DNA of 32,000 nucleotides, taken from contig NZ_LGHJ01000011.1 of assembly GCF_001306055.1 (NCBI RefSeq), positions 90,001 through 122,000 on the forward strand. The letters are read 5' to 3'. Source of the stretch: Bellilinea caldifistulae (GTDB lineage Bacteria > Chloroflexota > Anaerolineae > Anaerolineales > Anaerolineaceae). Below, piece after piece: positions 16,552 to 24,852 of the stretch (within the stretch, counting starts at the first letter, position 1; each line of letters begins with the position of its first letter). A program made the position numbers and the translations under genes. The notes under the pieces are model-generated. The model worked only from the letters and a program-made list of their open reading frames with translations. It was not told the origin of the DNA and searched no databases.

Positions 16552-19500
16552 TCAGGCTAACATGCTGCCCATCTCTCGCAAGTTCTTCACCACCTCCTCC
16601 GGTAGCACGGCAGGCTGCACACCCATCAAGCGGCAGGTGATCAGTTTATGGGCGGTGGTTTCGATCACCTCGGTCATATCCGCTGCGCGGCGCAGGCTGC
16701 TGCCCGCCACCACCAGTCCGTGATTCTGCATCAGCACGGCAATGCCGCGCGGCCCCAGCGCTTTTGCCACCGCCTCGCCCAGTTCATCCGTGCCGGGCAT
16801 GATAAACGGTACCACCGGTATCTCGCCAATGAAAGCCGCCTCGGTCGAAAGCGGCAAGAACGGCGTACCGGTCAGCGCCAGCAGGGTGGCGTACGGCGCA
16901 TGGGTGTGAACCACCGCCTGTACCTCCGGCCGGGCGCGGTAAATGGCGCAATGCACCCGCCGCTCGCTGGAAGCGCTGTAATCCGACTCACCCAGCGGGT
17001 TGCCTTGCAGGTCAATCCGTACCATCATTTCCGGACGTAAATCCCCTTTGAAGATGGCGCTGGGGGTGATCCACACCTCGTCCGGTTTGCCCTCCACCCG
17101 CGCGCTGATGTTGCCGCCGGTGGCGGTGATCCAGCCCCGCTCGTACAATTCGCGCATGATTTCGAGGATCTCATCGCGCACATCCCCCGCTTTGCGGATG
17201 ACCGCCGCAGCCGAGTAAGTTGAGACCGCCGCTTGAGCCGCTGCTGCGGACCCGCCCGCCGAGGCCGGCTGGGCGGGCGGCGCGTTCAACACACTCAGGT
17301 CGCCGGGATCGCCTACCGCCTGACGGGCGCGCTGATACGGCGCGCTCAGGTTGATTTTTTGCATGGTCATGGCCTTGGAAGTATCTCCGCTGAAAGAAAT
17401 TTTCCCGGTCATGGCAGCGCGGGTGGGATTTAACCGGCCGGTGAAAATGCCGTCCAGCGTTTCGGCGGTCATTTTCAAACGCACATCCGGCGGATGAGGG
17501 GGATCACCCAAGCCGGCGCGGGCCTCCCCGCCGGCAAAACGCATGTAAAAGGTGATTCCCAGATCTTTGAGGGTGTACTGAAAGGTCACATTTTTATCGC
17601 GGGCAAACGCGCGGATTTCGTCATCCTTTTCGATTTCCTCCAAAAAGCGGCTCAGCAAACGCTGGAATTGTCCGGCCGCGCCGTCGGCTGCTAGAAGTGG
17701 GGTAGATTGACTTTGCGCAGCCGTTGAAGCAGGCTGGCTTTCTTTGCCAATCAGGCGTTTCAGCCCGCCGAGCAGCCCACCACGCTTTTCAGCTGATTGG
17801 CTGGCCGTTTTTTGGGCGGCTTCGATATCGGTAACCCCGGCGGTCGAGGTGTGACGCAGTTTTTCCAACGTCCGGCGGTCGGCGCGCCGCTCCCCCTGCC
17901 AGCGAAAATTGTCCAAAACCTGGGGATTGAGCGCATACCGCGGCCGCTCACCGCTCAACAGCCGTTTCATTTCTTCCAAAATGATCTTTCCTTGATGAAT
18001 GCCGACTTCCTGGGTGTTACCGCCAATGTGCGGCGTGGCAATCACGTTCGGCAGCGCCAGCAGCGGATCATCACTGCCGGGCGGTTCAACCGGAAAGACA
18101 TCCAAACCAGCCCCGGCCAGCCGTCCGGACTGCAAGGCTTGCAGCAGAGCCGCCTGATCCACCAGCGCAGCCCGGGCAGTGTTGATTAAAAATGCGCCGG
18201 GTTTGATTTGCTCAAAAGCGGCCGCATCCAGTAAAGCGCGGGTTTCGTCCGTCACCGCCGCGTGCAGGGTAATGAAGTCGCTGGCGGCCAGCAATTCGCC
18301 CAGTTCCACTTTTTGAGCGCCGTACAGCGCAGCCTGTTCTTCGCTGATGTAGGGGTCATACAACAGCACACACGCCTCAAACGGCAGCAAGCGGCGGATG
18401 ACGCGCTGGCCAATTGCACCGCCGCCGATCACCCCAACGGTTTTTCCCCACAATTCCTTGCCCTGGAAAGCGAAAAAGGCCTGCCCCATCCGTCCCATGT
18501 CACCCGCTTCACCGCCCGGCTGGCGTAAAAAGGCGGCAGCCTCCGGCAGACGGCGCGCCAGCATCAGCATCAAGGCAATCGTCAGGTCGGCCACGGCATC
18601 GGCATTCCGCCCCGGGGTGTTGATCACCGGCACACCGGCCGCCGTACAGGCCTGCAAATCCACGTTGACCGGATTGCCGCGGCAGGCAAAAATCAGGCGC
18701 AGGTCGGGCAGTTTCTCCAAAACTGCCGCATCCACCACGTCCACTTCGGTGACAAATACCGAATAGCCCCGCAGGGCTTCTACCAGATCATCGCCGCTCA
18801 GCAAGCGACCCTCGCGGCGGTAACTTGCGTAGGTTACTTCGCCCAATTCGCTCAGCAGGCGCACCGCCTCATCACCCAAATCGGCGGTAACCAGCATGCG
18901 CGGGCGAAAATCGCGCGGCAGACTGACTGGCGGTGCGGCTCTGTGCTGCATCGCCTGCACTATGCTGCCGGCTGCGGTTTGATCGGCATCTTCGCGCTGG
19001 CGGCGGATGCTGTCCCATTCTCCAAACCATTCGGTGTAAAAACTCACCCGTTCAGCCGGTGGTGAAAAGGTGCGCAAACTTCCGCACAGGCCGCGGGCGG
19101 CTTCGCCGAGGGAAGGATAAGCCCCGGCTGCGCTGGCAGCGCACATCGCCGCTCCAAGCCCGGCAGCCTGTGGCGTCCGGCTGACTTCAACCGGCCTGCC
19201 GCACACCTCCGCCAGCATCTGATTCCACACCTCGCTGCGGGTCAGCCCGCCGCCTGCCCGGATTTGGGAAGCAACCACCCCGGCTGCCCCTTCGGCCTGT
19301 TCGAGATTGAGGCGCATGGAAGCCGCCAGCCCCTCTAAAATTCCGCGTGCCAGACAGGCGCGCCCGGCCTGTCCGGACGGCAGGCTGAAAGTCGAAAAGG
19401 TCAGTGAATCAACCGGCAGGCCCAGCGCAGCCGCGTTGAACAGCTGCACCCCCAGCGTGGAAAAAACCCCACCTGCACCCGGCGGGACGGTGGCGGCTTC

Positions 19501-20481
19501 GCCACACAGCGCAGCCACCGGTTGAGGTGAGTGCGGGTAAAGCACCCCGGCCGCCCATTCGAGGGCGCTCCCGGCCGAACCGGCGTTGCTTTCCACCACA
19601 TATACATCCGGAAGGAGATGCAGCCCGCACCAGGTACGTCCCTCCGCGTGCAGACGCGGCGCTGAGGTAGTCACCATCACCGGGGCAGTGCTTCCGGCGG
19701 CAATCCCGGCCTGTCCGGCAGAGGTGATGCCCGTGCCCAGCAATGCGCTCTGGGTATCGGCGCCACCGGCGGCAACAACGACATCCGGCGGCAAACCTAA
19801 AAATTCAGCCGCGCCGGTGGTCAAGTTTCCCAGCCGCCCCCCCGCCCAGACCACGGACGGGAAGATGTGCTCGGGTAAACCCAGCCCCGTGATTAGATCA
19901 CCCGCCCAGTTGCGCTGGTGTAAATCAAACAGCAGCGATTCGGCAGCCTGCGAAGCTTCGGCTGCCACCACACCGCACAAGCGGTAGGTCAGCCAGTCGC
20001 TCAGCGTCAGGGCGTAACGAGCGCGCTCCAGCAACGCCGGTTGATTTTCTTTAATCCACAGCAAACGCGCCGCCATCAGTACCGGGCTGGGGTAGTGACC
20101 GGTGCGCTGGTAAAGGTCCCGGCCGCGCGCCTCACCCAGAGTCATGCCCTGCTCAACGGCTCGCGCATCGCGGTTGGGCGCGGCAAACAACACCTCACCG
20201 GCTTCGCCGACCAGCACAACGGTGTGGCGCATGCTGACCACCGCAATCCCCCCGATTTCCGCAGGTTGAACGGCGGCACGCCGGATGACCTCGCCGGTCA
20301 ATTCCCCCAGCGTCCGCCAGATGGTTTCGGTATCCAGATCATAAGCCCAGCCACCCGCCGGCGAAAGCGGGTGAGTCCACGAGCGGTAACCGCTGAAAAT
20401 CTGTCCGTCAGCCGGGTTGACCAGCAGGCAGCGCCCGCCGCTGCTGCCAGCATCCCAACCGATAAACCACTGTTTGCTCAT
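16552..20481 (-). CDS. Four-domain fusion protein: FGGY-family sugar kinase / D-isomer-specific 2-hydroxyacid dehydrogenase / SCP2-like domain / class II aldolase-adducin-family domain
   Basis: A single 1,309-aa ORF with GAGGAGG 8 nt before the ATG. Kinase motifs: [42 protein letters not shown]. Dehydrogenase motifs: [40 protein letters not shown]2-like motif: [19 protein letters not shown]. Aldolase motifs: [26 protein letters not shown]. Confidence 0.9.
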   Translation of the reverse strand: MSKQWFIGWDAGSSGGRCLLVNPADGQIFSGYRSWTHPLSPAGGWAYDLDTETIWRTLGELTGEVIRRAAVQPAEIGGIAVVSMRHTVVLVGEAGEVLFAAPNRDARAVEQGMTLGEARGRDLYQRTGHYPSPVLMAARLLWIKENQPALLERARYALTLSDWLTYRLCGVVAAEASQAAESLLFDLHQRNWAGDLITGLGLPEHIFPSVVWAGGRLGNLTTGAAEFLGLPPDVVVAAGGADTQSALLGTGITSAGQAGIAAGSTAPVMVTTSAPRLHAEGRTWCGLHLLPDVYVVESNAGSAGSALEWAAGVLYPHSPQPVAALCGEAATVPPGAGGVFSTLGVQLFNAAALGLPVDSLTFSTFSLPSGQAGRACLARGILEGLAASMRLNLEQAEGAAGVVASQIRAGGGLTRSEVWNQMLAEVCGRPVEVSRTPQAAGLGAAMCAASAAGAYPSLGEAARGLCGSLRTFSPPAERVSFYTEWFGEWDSIRRQREDADQTAAGSIVQAMQHRAAPPVSLPRDFRPRMLVTADLGDEAVRLLSELGEVTYASYRREGRLLSGDDLVEALRGYSVFVTEVDVVDAAVLEKLPDLRLIFACRGNPVNVDLQACTAAGVPVINTPGRNADAVADLTIALMLMLARRLPEAAAFLRQPGGEAGDMGRMGQAFFAFQGKELWGKTVGVIGGGAIGQRVIRRLLPFEACVLLYDPYISEEQAALYGAQKVELGELLAASDFITLHAAVTDETRALLDAAAFEQIKPGAFLINTARAALVDQAALLQALQSGRLAGAGLDVFPVEPPGSDDPLLALPNVIATPHIGGNTQEVGIHQGKIILEEMKRLLSGERPRYALNPQVLDNFRWQGERRADRRTLEKLRHTSTAGVTDIEAAQKTASQSAEKRGGLLGGLKRLIGKESQPASTAAQSQSTPLLAADGAAGQFQRLLSRFLEEIEKDDEIRAFARDKNVTFQYTLKDLGITFYMRFAGGEARAGLGDPPHPPDVRLKMTAETLDGIFTGRLNPTRAAMTGKISFSGDTSKAMTMQKINLSAPYQRARQAVGDPGDLSVLNAPPAQPASAGGSAAAAQAAVSTYSAAAVIRKAGDVRDEILEIMRELYERGWITATGGNISARVEGKPDEVWITPSAIFKGDLRPEMMVRIDLQGNPLGESDYSASSERRVHCAIYRARPEVQAVVHTHAPYATLLALTGTPFLPLSTEAAFIGEIPVVPFIMPGTDELGEAVAKALGPRGIAVLMQNHGLVVAGSSLRRAADMTEVIETTAHKLITCRLMGVQPAVLPEEVVKNLREMGSMLA

Positions 20482-20501
20482 CGCCTGAACCTCCTCAATG
20501 A

Positions 20502-21473
20502 TTAAACTTCTTCAGCATCGCACAACCAGTGTGCAGTAGCCGTATCAGTGACCAGCACATCCACCAGCCCGCTGGACAGAGCCGCCTTTACCGCCGGTCG
20601 TTTTGGCTGACCGCCCGCCGCAAGCATTTTCAGGGGAATGCGCTGCAGATCGGATAATGAAATGCCGAGCAGCCGCTGGTGAATGCCGGCCGGCACCAAT
20701 TGACCCCGCCGGTCAAAGAAATACCCCAGCACATCCCCCACCGCCTGATAGACGCGCAGTTCGTTCAGGTCCTCCTCACCGAGCAACCCCACCTGATATA
20801 AAAGCGCAGATTGATCCACCGTGCCGACACTGAAAATAGCCACGTTCGCCTGACGGGCAACATCCAGACTGCGCTGGATAAGCGGGTCGGCCAGCAGATG
20901 ATCACGGGTAGCCGGTTCACTGACGAAAGTGGGCAGTGGGAGGTAGTATGCTTCTCCGCCAGTGAGCACTGCCAGCCGCGTCAGCACATCAAAGTTGTGG
21001 GTAACTTCCACCGGACGAAAATACAGCCCGCCCATCAGGGTAACAAAACGACAGGCGAGCGGCTTTTCCAGCACCAGAAAATCGGGAATGTAGGAAATGG
21101 TACGGCTGACCCCAATCCCTACCGTCCAGCCTTCCTGCAACCGCTGAGCCAGCACCATGGCTGCCATTTGGGCTAACGACTGAGCCAGTTCTTCGCCGGT
21201 TTGATCCATTGCCGGAACCAGCCAGGCGTCCTGCAGGGGATAACGCTGCAAGAGGGCTTCCACCAGCGGTAGATCGGTGGAAATCGGTCGGATGCGGATT
21301 TCGACGATCCCACTTTGTCGGGCTTCCTTGAGGAGCCGGTTGACGGTGATGCGCGAGAGACCCAGCCGCGCACCAATCTCCGCCTGAGTCAGGTCTCGTT
21401 CGTAATACAGCCAGGCCACCCGCGCCAGCAGCTGCTCACGGGTGGAGATGTCTTCCAGCGTTGAATCATGCAT
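20502..21473 (-). CDS. SorC-family (LsrR/DeoR-Bsu/CggR-type) sugar-phosphate-binding transcriptional regulator
   Basis: The ORF is 20502..21509. The N-terminal HTH reads [32 protein letters not shown]. The C-terminal effector domain contains [25 protein letters not shown] and LVTD. I prefer the ATG at 21473 (MHDSTLED) because AAGGG lies upstream. The gap to the fusion gene is 20 nt. Confidence 0.85.
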   Translation of the reverse strand: MHDSTLEDISTREQLLARVAWLYYERDLTQAEIGARLGLSRITVNRLLKEARQSGIVEIRIRPISTDLPLVEALLQRYPLQDAWLVPAMDQTGEELAQSLAQMAAMVLAQRLQEGWTVGIGVSRTISYIPDFLVLEKPLACRFVTLMGGLYFRPVEVTHNFDVLTRLAVLTGGEAYYLPLPTFVSEPATRDHLLADPLIQRSLDVARQANVAIFSVGTVDQSALLYQVGLLGEEDLNELRVYQAVGDVLGYFFDRRGQLVPAGIHQRLLGISLSDLQRIPLKMLAAGGQPKRPAVKAALSSGLVDVLVTDTATAHWLCDAEEV

Positions 21474-21675
21474 GTTACATTTGAACCCTTTCTGAACAAA
21501 TGTTAGCAAATTTTGAAGAAAGATGCAAGTTGTTTTCCAAACTCACCCACCATTTTCAATTCTACTGGTGCAATTCGCCGGTGGATTTTGGCTTGTCATC
21601 TCCCCTACTTTGCTCCACAATTAAGTCATTCCGCCTGGGGCGTCTTCCCACTCTATTCCATCGAGGAAACTCCTT

Positions 21676-22806
21676 TTGAACGCTCTTTTTTTAGTGGTCG
21701 TCTTCCTTTACTGGTCGGCGTTGTACCTGTATGTGCCCACCCTGCCGCTCTATCTGCAAACCAAAACGAGCGATCTGGCGCTGATCGGCACGGCGCTTTC
21801 GATGTACGGGTTGTGGCAGTTGATCGTGCGCCTGCCGCTCGGCATTCTGGCGGACTGGGCCGGACGCCGCAAGCCGTTTGCCATCTTCTGGCTGTTGCTG
21901 GTGGCTGCCGGTGCGCTGACCCTCGGCCATGCCCCCACCATCGAGATCGCCATCCTTGGGCGGGCGCTGGTCGGTGTTTCAGCCGGCACTTGGGTGCCGC
22001 TGGTCGTGCTGTTTTCCAACCGCTTTTCAGCGGCAGAAGTGGTGCGCGCCACGGGTATTCTGGCAATGACCGCAACCACCGGGCGGATCGTTGCCACTGC
22101 CATCAACGGCTGGTTGAATCAACTGGGCGGTTACCCACTGGCATTCAACCTGGCGGCAGCCTCTGCACTGTTAGGTGCCGCTCTTTTGCTCTTTTTACCG
22201 GAAGCGCCCACGCCACCCCGCAAACCCTCCCTGAATGGTCTGAAGCGGTTGATCAGCCGGCGGGAGGTGATGCTGCCTTCCCTCCTCCAGGTGCTGACCC
22301 ACACCGCCGACTTCGCCGCCACCTTCACCTTCATCCCCATTTTGGCGCGTCAGAAGGGTGCTTCGGATGTGGTCATCAGCATGCTGCTCAGCCTCAATCT
22401 GTTGATTGGCCTGGCGGGCAACAGTCTGGCAGCGGTTCTGGCCCAGCGTTTTGGTCAGCGGCGCATGGTCATGCTCAGTTTTGCTCTGCTGGGCGGCGGC
22501 ATTCTTGGCGCAGCCTGGGCGCCAACCCTCGCATGGGTGTTCGTCTTCCAGTTCTGGGTCGGTCTGGGATTTGGAATTGGCTATCCGCTGTTGATGGGGT
22601 TGAGCATTAACCGTGTGGATGCGGCCGAACGCACCACCGCCATGGGACTGCATCAGTCGGTTTATTCGCTGGGCATGTTCCTCGGCCCGTGGCTGAGTGG
22701 GGTGCTGGCGGCTGCGCTGAACATTCCGCTGATGTTCGTGATCATCGGTTTGCTGATTGTGCTGATGGGCATTGGCGGCGCGGCAATCCTCGACGGTCAA
22801 GGGTGA
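21676..22806 (+). CDS. MFS transporter
   Basis: 376-aa ORF (TTG start) with about 12 TM segments. MFS motif A is present as GILADWAGRRKP. It is transcribed divergently from the regulator. Confidence 0.85.
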   Translation: MNALFLVVVFLYWSALYLYVPTLPLYLQTKTSDLALIGTALSMYGLWQLIVRLPLGILADWAGRRKPFAIFWLLLVAAGALTLGHAPTIEIAILGRALVGVSAGTWVPLVVLFSNRFSAAEVVRATGILAMTATTGRIVATAINGWLNQLGGYPLAFNLAAASALLGAALLLFLPEAPTPPRKPSLNGLKRLISRREVMLPSLLQVLTHTADFAATFTFIPILARQKGASDVVISMLLSLNLLIGLAGNSLAAVLAQRFGQRRMVMLSFALLGGGILGAAWAPTLAWVFVFQFWVGLGFGIGYPLLMGLSINRVDAAERTTAMGLHQSVYSLGMFLGPWLSGVLAAALNIPLMFVIIGLLIVLMGIGGAAILDGQG

Positions 22807-22816
22807 AGCGGGCGGA

Positions 22817-22917
22817 GCAGTCTCCCGCAAAGCCCTTGCGGAGGTGGGCCGGAGAGATCAACCTTGTAAACGTCATTGCAAGCGAGCGCGGCAATCTCCC
22901 CCAAAGCCATTACGCGG
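22817..22917. repeat. Imperfect direct repeat (about 25-27 nt, 22817-22841 and 22891-22917) flanking a small hairpin in a convergent intergenic region
   Basis: Copy 1 is gcagtctcccgcaaagcccttgcgg and copy 2 is gcaatctcccccaaagccattacgcgg. They share 22 identities plus a 2-nt indel, aligned by eye. The hairpin is cttgtaa-acgtca-ttgcaag at 22863-22882. Confidence 0.35.
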
Positions 22918-22989
22918 GCAGTTCAGGTATCCTTTCATTAACAACGGCATGATTGCAACCACAGAGAGCTGCCCCGCCCGCGAGTTGAT

Positions 22990-24690
22990 TTAGCCCAGCC
23001 GGGTGGAGTAAAAACGACCCGGAGTGAAGAACGGCCCACGCGGAGCGGCGCTGCCACCGCTATAACCGCCGATCAGGTCGAGGAACGCTTCCACCACCTC
23101 CGCCTGAAAATGGCGGTTGGATTGATACCGCAGGTAATCCACTACCTGATGCGGCTGCCACGCCGAGCGGTAGGGGCGGTTGGAACTGAGCGCATCCCAC
23201 ACATCCACCACCGCAAAGATGCGCGCCCCCAGCGGAATTTCCTCACCCCGCAGCCGGCGCGGATAACCGCTGCCATCCCACTTTTCGTGATGGCAGTAGG
23301 GAATATCCAGCAGGTCGTAGAAGTGGGGAATCGGGCTGAGCAGTTCGTAAGCGTATAACGGATGACGGCGCATCACTTTCCACTCGCTCTCGTCCAGCGG
23401 GCCGGGTTTGAGCAAAATGGCGTCCGGAATGCCAATCTTTCCAATATCGTGCAGCTGAGCGCCGCGGCGCAGTTTCACCAGTTCGGCATGGTTCAACCCC
23501 ATGCGTTTGCCCATTTCCACGGTCAGATCCACCACCCGGTTGGAGTGTCGTTCGGTGGTGAAATCGCGCAATTCCAGCGCGCGCGTCCAGCCGTCAATGG
23601 TGGCTTCGTAGGTCTGATTCAAATCCTGGTTGGACTGTTCCAGTGAGCGGGTCAACTGCGCGTTCTGAATGGCAACGGCAGCCGTGTTCGCCACCAGACT
23701 GAGCAGGGCTGTGTCGGTCGCCATGCGGAAGCGCGCCGGACGGTAACTGTGAGCCTGCACCAGCCCAATTACCTGCCCGCGAGTCAACATGGGCACATAC
23801 ACCCCCGAACGCACCGCCCGGCCAGGGCGTACAAAACCAAGCCGGGCCGTGCCGGGCGGGGCCTGAGCCAGCAGGTCATCTATGACCAGCGGTTTAGCGC
23901 TCTGAATGACCTTAAACTGATGCGAATCGGGATGAGTGAGCCGACTCAGGCGCGGCACGCGGTTCAAATCCACCGGCTCGCCCTCATGTTCCCCATAGGC
24001 GCAAATCAGTTCCTGGGTTTCCCCTTCGTAGAGGGAGATATACACCGTACACACGTCCGGGAGCAATTGAACCACTGCTGCACTCAACCGGCGGTAAATT
24101 TCGGTTAAGTCGTCCAGCTGTGCCAGCGCCCGTCCCACCTCACCGACCGCCGCCAGTTTACTTTCGTTCAAACCCCAAAGCAGACGGGGGTCTTCGCGCT
24201 GCTCACCGGTGAGGGTGATCAACAAGGCAGCCCGTCCGTTGAAGAGAATCGCCTCGATATTGGCATAACTGCGGATCAACCTGCCCTGCTGGTTAAAAAT
24301 GAATAATTCCAACCCATGCAGGGAACGCTCCCCACCGAGGCGGGCGAGGATTTTCTTCAAATTATTCTCGCCTAGCCCCGCTGGTAGGCTGTTTTCGGAT
24401 TGATGAATCAACAGACTGCGGGGAATGCCGATCAGATCACAATACCACGGGTTGGCTTCCAGATAGGTGAAGTCGCGTCTGTCCAGAATGCACACGGCTG
24501 CCGGTACACTTTCGATCAACCGCAGCAATGCCTGACGGGTATGATGCAGCGCCTGCTCATAATAAGAAGCGGCAGATGTGCCTGTCTTGCGGCGGAAATA
24601 AGGGGGACGTTTCATAAAGCCGGGTCTGTTTCCCTTTCTCGTGGGGTGAATTTGTCCACGCAAAATGTAAAAAGCGCATAAAAAAGCCAA
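22990..24690 (-). CDS. PAS-GAF-HD-GYP protein (c-di-GMP phosphodiesterase type)
   Basis: 566-aa ORF. The HD-GYP signatures are HDIGKIGIP and HHEKWDGSGYPRRL. PAS-like (LIESVPAAVCILD) and GAF-like regions lie upstream. The start codon is uncertain (24690 or the ATG at about 24614). Confidence 0.85.
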   Translation of the reverse strand: MAFLCAFYILRGQIHPTRKGNRPGFMKRPPYFRRKTGTSAASYYEQALHHTRQALLRLIESVPAAVCILDRRDFTYLEANPWYCDLIGIPRSLLIHQSENSLPAGLGENNLKKILARLGGERSLHGLELFIFNQQGRLIRSYANIEAILFNGRAALLITLTGEQREDPRLLWGLNESKLAAVGEVGRALAQLDDLTEIYRRLSAAVVQLLPDVCTVYISLYEGETQELICAYGEHEGEPVDLNRVPRLSRLTHPDSHQFKVIQSAKPLVIDDLLAQAPPGTARLGFVRPGRAVRSGVYVPMLTRGQVIGLVQAHSYRPARFRMATDTALLSLVANTAAVAIQNAQLTRSLEQSNQDLNQTYEATIDGWTRALELRDFTTERHSNRVVDLTVEMGKRMGLNHAELVKLRRGAQLHDIGKIGIPDAILLKPGPLDESEWKVMRRHPLYAYELLSPIPHFYDLLDIPYCHHEKWDGSGYPRRLRGEEIPLGARIFAVVDVWDALSSNRPYRSAWQPHQVVDYLRYQSNRHFQAEVVEAFLDLIGGYSGGSAAPRGPFFTPGRFYSTRLG

Positions 24691-24852
24691 TAATGACCTT
24701 GAAAATCGGTTTGGTTTGAGTAAAATAATGGGAAATATCCATTCCCCAAACGTATGGATGCTCGCATTAGTGACTTATCATGAGGGGGTGCAAGGTCAAT
24801 GCCAGCATTGCCAGCCCAAAATAACCACCTGCTATTGAACTGCTAAGCCGGG

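Noticed and set aside
21513-22610. 365-aa plus-strand ORF overlapping the MFS gene in another frame
   Set aside because: The frame starting at 21676 gives 12 clean TM helices and MFS motif A. The alternative frame gives Arg/Ala/Gly/His-rich sequence with no features.
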